IMG/VR virus record: IMGVR_UViG_3300021961_000129 | Coordinates: 1 to 54,742 of that record | DNA length: 54,742 bases | Strand: one strand, 5' to 3' | Source of the DNA: a virus | Taxonomy: Duplodnaviria; Caudoviricetes | In this document: positions 38,701-48,541 of the stretch, piece by piece | How positions within the stretch are numbered: the first letter of the stretch is position 1 | How the letters are laid out: each line of letters opens with the position of its first letter | Notes under the pieces: generated by a model | What the model saw: only the letters and a program-made list of their open reading frames with translations | The model's database searches: none | What the model was told of the DNA's origin: nothing | Translations under genes and position numbers: made by a program

Positions 38701-41700
38701 AAGAAAATTTCTGATAATAAAAATTATCGGAAATTCTTTGTTGATAATCATTCAAAATTCCAACAGCATTATCAACTGAAGAAACCTTGTCTCTAAATGG
38801 ACCTAAAGTTGATTTTAAATCAAATATATTGAAATATTCAACAACCCCTTCAATTTTTGAATTTTCCCCATAAATTTTATCACCAACACTTAATGCACCA
38901 AAACAATCATTCAACCTAAGTTGATTTAATTTGTTATCCCAACCGTTCTCCATTACAACGGCACTAAAAGTTCTGGAAGTAACTTTTTCTGTTGACTTAT
39001 AACTGGCCTCATCATTTAAAACCATTTCTAAAATAGGCATATCTTTTTTATTGATTACAATGCCTAAGTTTAGTTCATCATTATAAACTCCAAATGTTCC
39101 GGTGGATATTCCGGACATGTCATATGTCAAAGTATTATTTGATGTGTTTACACCTACAACAGGGAAAAATGCGTAATTATATGAAGATGAATTAAAATTG
39201 GCATCTGATTTAGTTTCAGAAGTTAATCTGCAATTTTCTATAAAAATTTCATCTCCAATTGAAAATGGAAATTTCACTTCAGTTGATCCATATCCAGTTG
39301 TTATCAATGGGTTAGATCCTGGAGTATTACTTAATTCTAAAGTAACTAATGAGGAAAGATATGTAATATTATCAATTTCATATCCGTTAGAATTTCTAAT
39401 TGAAATAATTTCCAGAGGTGACCCTAGAGATGTTGAATTTTGAACTATATCAACTTTAGAAACGGATCCATTGTTCAGATAAGATCTAAGTTTTATATTA
39501 GGATTATCCTTAACTAGTAATTCTGGTGGATTATTATATTTTACTCCCCCGGATATAATTTCAATTTTTTCAATAGTTCTAATATCTTTTATACCACAAA
39601 CTGTAGGAACACTAAGTCTTGGAGATAAAGTAGGATCTGTAGGATAATCAAATCCATCTTTAATTCTTTCATAGGAGGCTACTCTACCAATTTTTGGAGA
39701 TATTAACTGAATTACAGCATTGATTCCATTTGAAGTATTAATTTCTTTAATAAATGGAAGTTTTTTGTATCCTCTGCCTCCAAAATTAATTCTTAGATCA
39801 TGAATAGGACCGGAAGCAGATAGAGAATTTGTAGTATATGTATATTCGCTAGAATTTAAGCTCGTAAGTTCAAAGTAATCCAGTTCCTTGTTAATGTTAA
39901 AAGATAATTTTTTATTATCCACAACATTTATAATAAACTTGGAATTTAATGAGTGGTTTACTATTTTTACTTTATTATTTCCAAAAACAGTAGTATCAAA
40001 ACTTAATTGTTTTTTCGATTCTTCAACTGGATTTTTAGAAACTAAATTATAATAAAATACAGCAGGAAAATGTTTATTTGAAGTATCTAAAGTAACATAA
40101 GCCTGACTATTTCCAGGAGTTCCATTTCTAACTATAGCAAAAGTATCATCAACAGATCCAATGATATCTAGCCTTCTTGAACATTGAGAATCGGAATAAA
40201 AATTCAAATCCAAATCTAAAAGACTAGAATCGGATAAATCAAATTTAATAATACTGCCTTTGAAAAATTCTAATGGAGGATTAATAAAATAAAGTTGCTG
40301 AGAAGATGATCCAGTAGAAGAAAATATTATGTTATTGGATTTTTTAATATCACTTTCAAAAGCACATAACTTTATTTTATTAAAATCTTCCTTTAAAACA
40401 TAATAAATTCCTCCATTTAATAATCCATTTATTGGAGTAGATGCAAAGTAAACTACCTTATCACCTGTTTTTACTTTTATATTAGAAGAAGACAAGTCAA
40501 TTGTACTGTCTTGTCCATCCATTACGTCCGAGTTGGAAAAAATTATCTCATTTGCTAATAATTTTCTATTAATTGCATCATATTTTAATTTTACTTCATT
40601 GGTAGAAGTACTTAATATTTTAAAGTCAATAGAATCACCAGATGACAATTCATGATTTTCAGAAGTAGTTACTATTCCAGAAGATCTCTGTAGTATTCCT
40701 TTTATTTGTGGGTTTACTGTTGCGAGAGAATGAGCATATCCTATAACACCAAAAGCCTCGGTCAAATTCCAAAATTCCAAAGAATTAAAGTTTGTACCAA
40801 TTCCTGAAGAAGTTGTAAATCCTAATGTAGACAATCCGACATAATTTTTACCAAGATTTACAGCATAAACTTTCTGATTTTGTTCTAATTTAAAAGATAT
40901 TCCAGAACCAACATTGTTTACATATAAAGAAGTTCCTGCTATTCCTGGATGATAAATTAATTCTTGACCTGTAAAGAATTTATGTCCAGGTAAGTATATA
41001 CTTCTTTCAGGAATAAACCTGGATTCTATAGAAGAAGTACCTAATCCAACAATACTTCTTACTACGCCTGCAGTTCCTGTACCGACAGATTCTTTTGGAT
41101 CAAAAAATGTTACTTTATTTTCTAAACTAAGATCATTTGTTAAATTTTCTATTTTAAACTCAAATGTTTTTGGTAATAGTGTAACGCTTTCTATACCAAC
41201 AGTATGAACTCCTGTATTTTCTAATCTATTTACATAAAATCCAGATTTCTGAGATGATACTCTAGTAATTAATAATCTTTCTGTTCCTATTCCTATAAAA
41301 TCATTGTCATTAAATCCACTAACATCTTTTACTGATATAAATGTGGAAACTCCAGTATTGGCTTCAATATCAATATTTTCTAAAAGATCTACTGTTTTAT
41401 TAACAACTTTAATCTTTCTAAGACCCTCTAAAGAAGAAGCTGTAATTGTAGATATTCCAGAAATCAAAATAATTTCATCATTTACAAGACCATGAGGAGA
41501 ATCGCAAATTCCTGTAACTTTTGTACCTCTAACAATAAAAGATATATTTTCGATTTTCTCATTGTTAATAGAAAACTGAGAAACTTCCTTACCTTTAACT
41601 TCAGAAACTACAATATTAGCTCCTGTACCTTCAGTTTCAGTATTATCTAAAACTACAAAGTCATTAACTTTATATCCAGTCCCTGGTGAAAATATTGATA

Positions 41701-44700
41701 CGCCTTCGATATTAGAAGATTCAACATCATAAACTCTAAATTCCTGTTTATATACATCAGAAACCTTATCAATAAGTTCATAAGAAGAATTTGGATTTTC
41801 TAAGTAGTACGGAGCAATATTTCTACTTAAACTGGTACTGAAAATATTAAAATCTTGATTAAATTTTGGAATGAAATTATTTTCGACTGGAATATCATAA
41901 AACTTTGGTCCAACTACATATGGATAAACCGGGGTAGCAATATTGGTTGCATCTATGTTTACCGAATAAAAATAAGCGTATGTTCCGTTAGGATATTGTG
42001 GAGTTACACAAAATCTTCCATTATTTTCATCTAGATCATTTGAACCAGTGTATTCGTAATCATTTACAAAATAACCTGGTTCAAATGATTGTGGTCTCAA
42101 TTGTGGATTGGTTATTAAATTTAAAATATAACTAGATTTTATTTGTTTTACAGGCCCACCAAGAGTTTCACTAAAACCATATGGACCGTATATTGGATTT
42201 CCATCATATGCATATCCTAAAATGGGAGAATGGGATAATTTTCCAGAAACTTCTTTATTTGTCTCAGTAAAATTATCGGAAAGAGAATATCTTAATTTTT
42301 TAGGAATATAAAAATTTATATATTGTAATTCTAGATCTTTGTTTTTGTTAGGGTATATAAATCCGTCATCTTCGGGAAGTATTTGATTTTTTAATTTTAC
42401 AACTTGATTTATTTTCCACTCAGTAACATTTGCCAAAAATTTGGCATTAATTCCTCTATTAGTAAGAGTAAGTTGAGTATCAGAAGTTCCATATCCAATT
42501 CCACCTCTCAAAATATTAACAGATGTTAGTTTACCATCGGAATCCACAATCGGATCAATCTCAGCAAAAGATCCAGATCCTGAAATAACAATATCAGAAT
42601 CTTTTCTATATCCTCTGCCTTGATTTATTATTTTAACATCAACAATTGTTCCATTAATAACAATTGGTTTTAATATTGCTTGTGATTTTACACTAGAAAT
42701 ACCAACATTTGGCCTCTTATGGAAATTTATAATATCTGTACATCCATAGGAAACTCCACCATCTTCAAGATAAACATCTACAATTGAACCTAAAACAATT
42801 GGTTCTAAAATTGGTTCAATTATAGTTGTTGATCCAATTGCTGATGTACTTTCTATTTGTATTTTAATAGGAGGATATCCAACAATATGTGTACCCAATC
42901 CCAAACTATTAAATTTTGAATAATTTTTTTCAATAAAGTTTAAATTACTTAAAGTAGTACCAATACCAGCAGGAGCTAATTTAAATTTATTGGAATCTAT
43001 AACATCCACATAATAATATATTGAAGTTGATAATCCAGATATAGGAGTACCCGTGGTAGAATATTCTACCAAATCTCCATTACCAAATCCGTGATTTTTA
43101 GCAAAAAAGTAAGAATCAAAGGTATTAATTCCAATAGTATTATTATCAGCAGATAAAATAGAAGGAACTTTAATCTTCCTATTTGAATATCCTTGACCAG
43201 AATCTTTTACGTAAACTTCCGTAATGGTGTTTTTATTTTTTAATGAATTTAAATAATGAATTCCAGAACTAATTCCTGAAATATTAATTTCATTTTGTTT
43301 ACTTATAGAATCATTAAGATTATTATATAACTTAATAACATTATCAGTTAATATGCCGACATGATAATGTGCTCCATCCACAAATCCAGGAACTGGAGAA
43401 TTAGTGTTTGAATCATAAACTATTTCTTCCCCATCCTCAAAAAGAACTCTATTTAAAAATGTGATGGTATTATTTGCTATACTTACATCATTATCCGCTT
43501 TAAATCCAATTTGAATTCTAGATTTGACTAAATTAGATTCCAGAGAACATCCTCTGCCATTTCCCCCACTAATGGTAATTTTTGGTTTGGATTGATAACC
43601 TACTCCTGGAGAAACAATTTTTATTTTTTTAATACTTCCCGATAAATTCACATGGGCTTTTGATAATCTACCATTATCATCGATAATTTCTATTGGTGGT
43701 GGAGTAACGACATCGTAATTTTCGCCAGTATTAATTACTTCAATGGATTGCAAACTACCATAGTAAATATTTTCATCAAAAAGTGTTGGTGACAATAACT
43801 CAACTCCATTTGATAAAAGACCCAAAGCTCTGTCGTTAGTTGTTCTTTTATTTGGATCATCAAATAATCTAGAGTTTGAAAATAAAGGGAATTGTTTGAC
43901 GATTTTTTGATTCTTTAAAGTTTTATTTTCAAATCCGGCTTTCACAACTTGATCTGAGGTTATTCCGGATTTTACATTTATATATTTTTTAGAAAAAACA
44001 TCAGATTTACTATAAGATAATTTAAAATTATTTGCATCCACTCTCGTTACATAATAATAACCAGTTGAAATTCCGGAATCTGGATAATATGAGTTATAAT
44101 AGAGAACATCACCAGACACATAATTATGTGACGGAGTATTAAAAACTGTAGTAATTCCGGAACCTTGGGTACTTACTATTTTTTTATTATCTGTAACAAA
44201 AATTGTATAATTGGGAGTTCCGGTAGAAGTAACATAAAAATTAGATTGATCACTATCAATATAAGTATTTTGAACTCCTGACGGTATTATATTAGAATCC
44301 GGAAAATAATTTGAATAATGATTGGTTTTGTAAATTTTCTTTCTTAAATATTTTGCCTTGTTAATATCAAAATTTTCGTTTAAATTCTGTATTAAAACTC
44401 TATTTGAAAATCTTCTTATTCTATCTCCAGTTTCAAATTCTACAGTAACAATTTTTACTTCTACTTTATTACTATTTTCATCAATTAATTCAACAACCTC
44501 ATTTTGATAAAAAGCAACAGAATCATATAAAATGATTCTAAACTTATTTGTATCTACTTGAGAAGTTAGTTTGATGTTATGTGTTGTTGGTAGATTATAA
44601 ATCCAACTATTAAATTGAACAGAACTTACTAAATTTTTTCCAAATCCAGAAAGTTTAACCCTATCACCAACTCTCATACTAGAAGTAGAAGAGAAATCTA

Positions 44701-45901
44701 CAGTATCAATAACATTAATGATTCTAAAATTTACTGGAGTGGTATTTCCTATACCTACATAGCTAAAAGCAAATTTATTTTCAACAATATCCAATCCATA
44801 TTTAAGATCTTTAGTTATTCCACTGACATCTAAAAACTGATTTGTTGTTTTATCACCATATGTCAACTCAATAAAATCAGAATTTTCAGGTTTTACAAGT
44901 ATTTTTCCACTTTTTGAAAATCCAATAGTAGAATCAACTAAAATACTATTAGATCCAGAGGGAACTTCTTCTAAAATTTTAGTTTTGCCAGATACTTCAA
45001 AATTGCCTCTTAGAGACGTAGAATCTAATGATATCTCATAAAAAGATTTATTATCGACCGGTCTATATTCTACATTAAAAATAGATGCACTTACTGTACC
45101 CACACCGGAAATGTTTTGATATAAAAAATTACCTCTAATACTTATCGGATCTCCACCAGAAATCTTTTCTACAAGAATATTTTTTGTAGAGAAGAAAGAA
45201 TTTGAAGATGGAACTAAAGTATAATCTTGTGGTTTTATAATTTCAATATCTTTTCCATATAAAATTTTAAATAAAAGTTTATATGAAGAATCCGTACCCT
45301 TTGAAATATAAAAATCTTTAGCACTGGTTAATATATTTTCAATTGAAAGTCCTTCAGAAAAATCTCTATTTTCAAATCCAGGAAAAAATTCATTTTTAAA
45401 TTTTTCAAAAAAGTTAGTTAAGAATAAATTGCTTAAGTTTAAAACTGTAGAGTTGACGAAATGTTCTGAAGTTTGAGTTTCAGAAAAATTTAAAAATTCA
45501 GATTTTTCTAAAGATTCAATTCTGTCAATACCACTAAATCCTCTTACACAACCATTAAAACTATTTGTAGTTTTTGATGTATATGTAATAATTTCGTCAT
45601 CTATTTTAAACAATCCATATGAATCTGGCCAACCGCGTGTAGACTCAACGTATATAATATCATCAAATGCAAGAACGTCAGAAGTTAAAATTGTAGATTT
45701 CTGTAGGTCTATAGAATTGAATTTTTCTATATTTTTATATTTTTTGACATTGACAGCTAAGTCAATAGCACCAGACTGATGTTCTAATGACTTATAGTAT
45801 TGTCTCAAAAATTCAACAAATAATGGAGACTCTTGAGATAGAAATTCTGGAATCTGAGACTCCAGTATGGCATCGATTTTAACTCTTTTAATTTCTGACA
45901 T
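32738..45901 (-). CDS. gp7: Giant baseplate wedge initiator (4387 aa) with YHYH-like, phycobiliprotein-like and beta-propeller inserts
   Basis: ILESQIPEFL..FLRQYY, KDFYISKGTDSSYKLLFKILYG, DNFYYQKFSYSIKS..VHPSGF; located between gp6 and gp8. Confidence 0.88.
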   Translation of the reverse strand: MSEIKRVKIDAILESQIPEFLSQESPLFVEFLRQYYKSLEHQSGAIDLAVNVKKYKNIEKFNSIDLQKSTILTSDVLAFDDIIYVESTRGWPDSYGLFKIDDEIITYTSKTTNSFNGCVRGFSGIDRIESLEKSEFLNFSETQTSEHFVNSTVLNLSNLFLTNFFEKFKNEFFPGFENRDFSEGLSIENILTSAKDFYISKGTDSSYKLLFKILYGKDIEIIKPQDYTLVPSSNSFFSTKNILVEKISGGDPISIRGNFLYQNISGVGTVSASIFNVEYRPVDNKSFYEISLDSTSLRGNFEVSGKTKILEEVPSGSNSILVDSTIGFSKSGKILVKPENSDFIELTYGDKTTNQFLDVSGITKDLKYGLDIVENKFAFSYVGIGNTTPVNFRIINVIDTVDFSSTSSMRVGDRVKLSGFGKNLVSSVQFNSWIYNLPTTHNIKLTSQVDTNKFRIILYDSVAFYQNEVVELIDENSNKVEVKIVTVEFETGDRIRRFSNRVLIQNLNENFDINKAKYLRKKIYKTNHYSNYFPDSNIIPSGVQNTYIDSDQSNFYVTSTGTPNYTIFVTDNKKIVSTQGSGITTVFNTPSHNYVSGDVLYYNSYYPDSGISTGYYYVTRVDANNFKLSYSKSDVFSKKYINVKSGITSDQVVKAGFENKTLKNQKIVKQFPLFSNSRLFDDPNKRTTNDRALGLLSNGVELLSPTLFDENIYYGSLQSIEVINTGENYDVVTPPPIEIIDDNGRLSKAHVNLSGSIKKIKIVSPGVGYQSKPKITISGGNGRGCSLESNLVKSRIQIGFKADNDVSIANNTITFLNRVLFEDGEEIVYDSNTNSPVPGFVDGAHYHVGILTDNVIKLYNNLNDSISKQNEINISGISSGIHYLNSLKNKNTITEVYVKDSGQGYSNRKIKVPSILSADNNTIGINTFDSYFFAKNHGFGNGDLVEYSTTGTPISGLSTSIYYYVDVIDSNKFKLAPAGIGTTLSNLNFIEKNYSKFNSLGLGTHIVGYPPIKIQIESTSAIGSTTIIEPILEPIVLGSIVDVYLEDGGVSYGCTDIINFHKRPNVGISSVKSQAILKPIVINGTIVDVKIINQGRGYRKDSDIVISGSGSFAEIDPIVDSDGKLTSVNILRGGIGYGTSDTQLTLTNRGINAKFLANVTEWKINQVVKLKNQILPEDDGFIYPNKNKDLELQYINFYIPKKLRYSLSDNFTETNKEVSGKLSHSPILGYAYDGNPIYGPYGFSETLGGPVKQIKSSYILNLITNPQLRPQSFEPGYFVNDYEYTGSNDLDENNGRFCVTPQYPNGTYAYFYSVNIDATNIATPVYPYVVGPKFYDIPVENNFIPKFNQDFNIFSTSLSRNIAPYYLENPNSSYELIDKVSDVYKQEFRVYDVESSNIEGVSIFSPGTGYKVNDFVVLDNTETEGTGANIVVSEVKGKEVSQFSINNEKIENISFIVRGTKVTGICDSPHGLVNDEIILISGISTITASSLEGLRKIKVVNKTVDLLENIDIEANTGVSTFISVKDVSGFNDNDFIGIGTERLLITRVSSQKSGFYVNRLENTGVHTVGIESVTLLPKTFEFKIENLTNDLSLENKVTFFDPKESVGTGTAGVVRSIVGLGTSSIESRFIPERSIYLPGHKFFTGQELIYHPGIAGTSLYVNNVGSGISFKLEQNQKVYAVNLGKNYVGLSTLGFTTSSGIGTNFNSLEFWNLTEAFGVIGYAHSLATVNPQIKGILQRSSGIVTTSENHELSSGDSIDFKILSTSTNEVKLKYDAINRKLLANEIIFSNSDVMDGQDSTIDLSSSNIKVKTGDKVVYFASTPINGLLNGGIYYVLKEDFNKIKLCAFESDIKKSNNIIFSSTGSSSQQLYFINPPLEFFKGSIIKFDLSDSSLLDLDLNFYSDSQCSRRLDIIGSVDDTFAIVRNGTPGNSQAYVTLDTSNKHFPAVFYYNLVSKNPVEESKKQLSFDTTVFGNNKVKIVNHSLNSKFIINVVDNKKLSFNINKELDYFELTSLNSSEYTYTTNSLSASGPIHDLRINFGGRGYKKLPFIKEINTSNGINAVIQLISPKIGRVASYERIKDGFDYPTDPTLSPRLSVPTVCGIKDIRTIEKIEIISGGVKYNNPPELLVKDNPNIKLRSYLNNGSVSKVDIVQNSTSLGSPLEIISIRNSNGYEIDNITYLSSLVTLELSNTPGSNPLITTGYGSTEVKFPFSIGDEIFIENCRLTSETKSDANFNSSSYNYAFFPVVGVNTSNNTLTYDMSGISTGTFGVYNDELNLGIVINKKDMPILEMVLNDEASYKSTEKVTSRTFSAVVMENGWDNKLNQLRLNDCFGALSVGDKIYGENSKIEGVVEYFNIFDLKSTLGPFRDKVSSVDNAVGILNDYQQRISDNFYYQKFSYSIKSDVPYNIWRESVRSTVHPSGFKEFSDLVIYTEPTVVGSSNSTNMKPKILQTDSSLSINLDNEISMYDRPNFVRVYEDTTLEDGSVESVYFNDGINLRPFILNKTNKVLRIDDISDQFDGSSLQQVDGRYADASDLLQSNRDFIMEEVVGFITATYPGITTNIDWDRSICKRDVGYIIDAVSHDVKYKSNNKSIEAGLAYWSGIGTNYVSGETIETISGFKYIVDLSKYIINNVGVKTSYQLANTVGVSSVVYNNITGIATVGTTTSHGLSTTTKNYVVLKDLVFSCDSGGGINTAIFPNLGNGPDGNGPLSPKGFVYEVEIIDSTRFRINPGPSTITHNYVNGGSIQRAFISTTQYIDSRILSDEVCSPTYSENCCADVWTAIGNYVGIITSIIGIGTTAAPSSIIYPSLTRGGQIVGLSTFKLKNKGTPLFSHIIESSNSGVNGISSETNTFVVPNHNFQTGHELIYETDGSPIGIATTSYVIGITSVLMNIDNSNLTGTAILEQGYPVAIQTSITGISTVLVPAGPSFREYLQVVGLATSGIGTDAKFNAFISYNVTTGQPISTSLVLVSGGEGYSVGDVVSVAGTYLGGSSPTNDLSFVVSKVGPTGIQTRANEVYTNVPSTDLSGSLFNITRNNSGYISDVKVVYGASGYAYTSIISVAGTYLGGSTNDYVSFSPSELGTNVLPKSLFVFKLNDNQFRLFGLSTSGTTLDITGLGTGNHIFSYKDPNSSSIISVDGVVQSPLTRKSLIVNLGSPVSTSSTTILEITSGISSLKTGDILNFSEEYMLVKSSGVTSSNFVEVERGFLGSNTGIHTVGVSGTVLTGNFNIVKDIIHFSTAPYGKIGPIGLQTGSIFAGRVFSRSFDASEPKNKNIIVDDISLSFTGIAATEFTLKSGGENTEVLFNDVNSATNISNNPFVFINNVFQVPQSDFTIDGTPNNVIRFLSGTPSAGRISKVAITTGFGYQPRIGAAATVSVSASGTISTITLIGNGSGYRNPPAISIASTIGTGASFTATVGSGGTITGFTIVNAGSGYTSTSLPIINIGIPTGYSNLPVSYITGSSGVGQDAKVTVEVGMGSSIISFKFDEVGKGYRVGDILKVSGITTDPNVGVGFSEFRITVEEVETDKFHSFYPGQFILFEDISSNFNGFRKKFSLVVEVNGVKQILSLKTLTGSDLDITNNIFIFINDILQNPIDAYTFQGSRVSFKEAPKPGSKCTILYYRGSSIDVEEVDPPKTIKIGDEIIIEESADDLFDITQFERVVKKITSSDQLDTFTYSSVGIDTDSTKNRPLRWRKQKKDRIINGTLYSKARPSLQSIIKPNASLIRNVELEDTQIYVDNVFPFFDGTDSLSEDLRDVVIFDSKVIEPAQATSVVSSASSVSAINIEYPGVGYGISLSPVVNISVSAIKIKDPIYNWKGSDNIIGITTFSRFNSIIFGKRVIAVGNSSLYADSEDGINWQTGNIGLGATTNFKSLYSVGVGNSDIIISVGSFGKIAKSVGYSNTISTWTEIDKYVDISIPGFGVAGQSISGYSGTLNDIVYSSTSNTWVTVGAAGSIFVGSGIHTDRFINRFSRTLRDLNSVTFGVDYFVAIGNDGTIVSSNTGLIWELNQSPVVTNLNKVIYAENKFIIVGNNGVILRSITRDSYEVLSTNLTDDLVNIKYNYGFYVVVNSLGNIFYSFDLLNWVPRSTLQPNAIVDLVFDSSLGINGRYIAVGSAGTAIYSEPVVHGATAVSGVNSTTGIVTSITIIDGGFGYSQSEPPAVMIEPDRFSSERIRSVKVKGDHGVIIGINTFISGTPGIGTTSPKIEFVLKSETYDNSTLGVGYSALSSFGINNSQLEKGDYFVITDSNVLTGGSLIGISTLLGGMGQFPNSIIGIAKTFIDGVYRVEDVTTPNSGIVTVTCHFAPMTDNYIKVYKRGENNSGIGTNDFYGRYSWGKIYDFQNRSLSEGGPAKFFAETLNGISGLSTSPKVIRTRGLLSN

Positions 45902-45902
45902 T

Positions 45903-47771
45903 TTATCTTACTTTCTTTCCGTTTAAATAACTTGATGTTGCAACATATTGTGTGGCAGAAATATTTTCACCAGAACTAATAGTATCTTCAATCATATTTA
46001 CCACAGAATTTTGAACGTCAACTTGTAAATACAAATCTTTTAATCCTATTACATCATTTGATTCTGGTATTGCTTGAATTTCAATAAAACCATTTGACAA
46101 AGAAGATGATGTAATGTTAACTACATCAAGAAGGATTTCTCCCCTTCCATAATCTACTGATCCTGCAGTATTCTTAACAAGAACAGGAATATTATTTTCT
46201 AATTTAAAGAAAAATATTTTTCCTGTATTTTCGGAAACTTGAACGTCAGCCATGTAAATGACTTCCGAAACTCCGTCAATGGTAAAACCAGTTGATTTAA
46301 TAGAATATCCATCTTTTTTAATATGAATTTTATTTCCAAAACATATTTCATAAGTTGCAAAAGTATTTAAGGCGGGAGTTAGATCCCTTCTCATTTTAAC
46401 TTTAGTTATATTAGATGTAATGGATTTATCCGAATTATCTATAAGTGAAACAACTTTACTATATTTGAATCTTCCTCCAAAATTATTCACATCAGATGAA
46501 CTTGAATATGTAGTTAATGTGTTTAAAACTTTTGAACGTACTAATTCGGGTCTTGTTGAAGCATTAACATTATAGTAAACAGTACTATCGACTTCAACAT
46601 AAAGATACGATAGATCTATAATTTCTGGTCTAATTCCCGCAATAGAGTATTGTTTTAACGATCTGATAATATCCTGTTTAGTAATCTCAGACAAAAAGTT
46701 ACCATTTCTTGGCTTAATAGATATAAAAACTTTACCATACTCTGGTGGATCTAATTCTTCTCCGCCATATGCAGTAACAGAATCAACATTTGGATAAATG
46801 TATGGGATTAAACCTTTATAATCATTTGATGTTACGGCTCTAAATTGTGAGGCGTAAATTCTTGGGGCTAAATATTTGATAGAATCTATACTTTCAATTT
46901 CATCCCCATTTTGTGATGGAGATTCCGTAATCAAAAGTGATATACCAGAAGTTACGTCAAATAAATTATTATCTACCAATCTTCCAGAAAAAGTAAAATT
47001 GCTAGCTCCATTTCCAGAAGTTCCATTAGTTACAATATAACTTACCTCAATTCTACTATTATTACTTGGACGTTTTCCTAAAATATTATCACCAAATAAA
47101 ATTTCATACTTTTGATCTGATATTTCTTGTATCAAAAATATTCTAGAACTGGAATTTACATTTAAAATATTATTATATGCGGTATAAATTTCTTCAACTT
47201 CATCAATAACCTTGACTCTTATTGTAGAAGTGTCTATATTGGCATTAGGTAATATAAATTTTTGATTTGGTTGTGAATAATTTACTATAAAAGTACTTGT
47301 TAAATATACTCCTTCATATATTTCTAAGTTGGAAAATAGAGCTTTGCCGTTTGAATCGACAGGAGTAGTAATATCTTCCGGTATAGAAAAAATATAATTA
47401 CCATTTGTTACAGCACCAAGAGCTACTTGGCCTGCAAATATTTTTACAGTTCTGGCATTAGTTTGACTCATGTCAATACTAAATGTTACTTTTGCTTTTG
47501 AAGATCTCTTTGATCTAGGAACATATCCAATATTACGTGCAAGGGAGACAACATTTTCTCTAAGAGATGCACTATCAAGAAAAACTTCATTAACTGCCAT
47601 GTTTGTGTTGTAGGCAGTCAAATAACTATTATATGCTAATAAATCAATCAACGTAGAAAAGTTAGAACCTTCAAAATCAAAATCAGTGAAATTGCTATTG
47701 GCACGCAAATAATCTTTGATTTGAGTTCTTAGATCCCCGAAGTCTAAATTTGTAAATTGATTGAATGACAT
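45903..47771 (-). CDS. gp6: Baseplate wedge subunit
   Basis: LDFGDLRTQIKDYL..FTDFDFEGSNFSTLIDLLAYN, VVSLARNIGYVPRS, RAVTSNDY and YGKVFISIKP. Confidence 0.95.
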   Translation of the reverse strand: MSFNQFTNLDFGDLRTQIKDYLRANSNFTDFDFEGSNFSTLIDLLAYNSYLTAYNTNMAVNEVFLDSASLRENVVSLARNIGYVPRSKRSSKAKVTFSIDMSQTNARTVKIFAGQVALGAVTNGNYIFSIPEDITTPVDSNGKALFSNLEIYEGVYLTSTFIVNYSQPNQKFILPNANIDTSTIRVKVIDEVEEIYTAYNNILNVNSSSRIFLIQEISDQKYEILFGDNILGKRPSNNSRIEVSYIVTNGTSGNGASNFTFSGRLVDNNLFDVTSGISLLITESPSQNGDEIESIDSIKYLAPRIYASQFRAVTSNDYKGLIPYIYPNVDSVTAYGGEELDPPEYGKVFISIKPRNGNFLSEITKQDIIRSLKQYSIAGIRPEIIDLSYLYVEVDSTVYYNVNASTRPELVRSKVLNTLTTYSSSSDVNNFGGRFKYSKVVSLIDNSDKSITSNITKVKMRRDLTPALNTFATYEICFGNKIHIKKDGYSIKSTGFTIDGVSEVIYMADVQVSENTGKIFFFKLENNIPVLVKNTAGSVDYGRGEILLDVVNITSSSLSNGFIEIQAIPESNDVIGLKDLYLQVDVQNSVVNMIEDTISSGENISATQYVATSSYLNGKKVR

Positions 47772-48169
47772 TAGACTCTACTAGGTTGTAATACGAAATC
47801 TATAGTTTGGTTGGGAAATGGAAGCCCAACAATATTATATTTAATACTGACATTCAAATCATTAGAATCTTCAGGATAAGAAACTAATACTGACGATAAT
47901 TGAATTCTAGGTTCAAAATTTTTTAATAAAGTTTTGATTTCTAGTTCCAATGAACTCGCCAGTTCAGGTGTCTGAAGTTCGAAAACAGAGTCTTCTGTTT
48001 GCGTACCGATTAAATTATTAAAAAATCTTTCACCTACTCTCGTTTTAACTAAATTTATTACAGATTTTTTAATAGAATCCGCATCATTTAATGATAAAAT
48101 ATCGTTTGTGACAGGATTTCTCACAAATGACAGACTAATATCTTTAAATTTGCGAGAAATACTGACCAT
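47771..48169 (-). CDS. gp25: Baseplate wedge subunit / sheath initiator
   Basis: FKDISLSF..NPVTNDI..SIKKSVINLVKTRVGERFFN..NFEPRI. Confidence 0.93.
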   Translation of the reverse strand: MVSISRKFKDISLSFVRNPVTNDILSLNDADSIKKSVINLVKTRVGERFFNNLIGTQTEDSVFELQTPELASSLELEIKTLLKNFEPRIQLSSVLVSYPEDSNDLNVSIKYNIVGLPFPNQTIDFVLQPSRV

Positions 48170-48184
48170 TACTCAAACTAAGGG

Positions 48185-48191
48185 TATTTAT
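48185..48191 (-). promoter_or_regulatory. Late promoter for the gp25-gp6-gp7 operon
   Basis: ATAAATA ~16 nt upstream of the gp25 ATG. Confidence 0.65.
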
Positions 48192-48208
48192 TATATGTAT
48201 AATACATT

Positions 48209-48499
48209 TTACCACTTTTTACCGTATGTTGGCTCTGTGCCATACGACCAATCATCATAATCATCATCATTACGAATTTGTTCATGTAGTTTGGTTTGTT
48301 TTTTTGCTCTTTCCATGAAAAAACCATACCCATAAGTATAGTGACCGCTATACTCTTTCCCACTAAAACTTGCTGGTTTTGCCTCTAAATCTTCAATTTT
48401 TGTAAAAAATTCATCGGCCGCATAATCCGTAATTAATTTTGTGGTTCCCCACATTTTTTTCATATAATTTGAGTCTCTATCTACTGGTAAATTTGACAT
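48209..48499 (-). CDS. Conserved cyanophage hypothetical protein
   Basis: 96 aa, PVDRDSNYMKKMWGTTKLITDY..LHEQIRNDDDYDDW; GGAG RBS upstream. Confidence 0.7.
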   Translation of the reverse strand: MSNLPVDRDSNYMKKMWGTTKLITDYAADEFFTKIEDLEAKPASFSGKEYSGHYTYGYGFFMERAKKQTKLHEQIRNDDDYDDWSYGTEPTYGKKW

Positions 48500-48541
48500 T
48501 TTAGCTCCTGATTTATTAAATCAGAACTTTTTACGGGGTTG

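Noticed and set aside
336-41495. Numerous short plus-strand and nested ORFs in the ORF track
   Set aside because: Antisense or alternate-frame shadows of long minus-strand genes with no recognisable motifs
5993-45901. Inteins or introns explaining the giant ORF sizes
   Set aside because: No LAGLIDADG/HNH or C-terminal HN-C/S/T splice motifs recognised; size is explained by repeated structural modules
48178-48363. 61-aa alternate-frame ORF overlapping the 96-aa gene
   Set aside because: Shadow frame of the better-supported 48209..48499 gene
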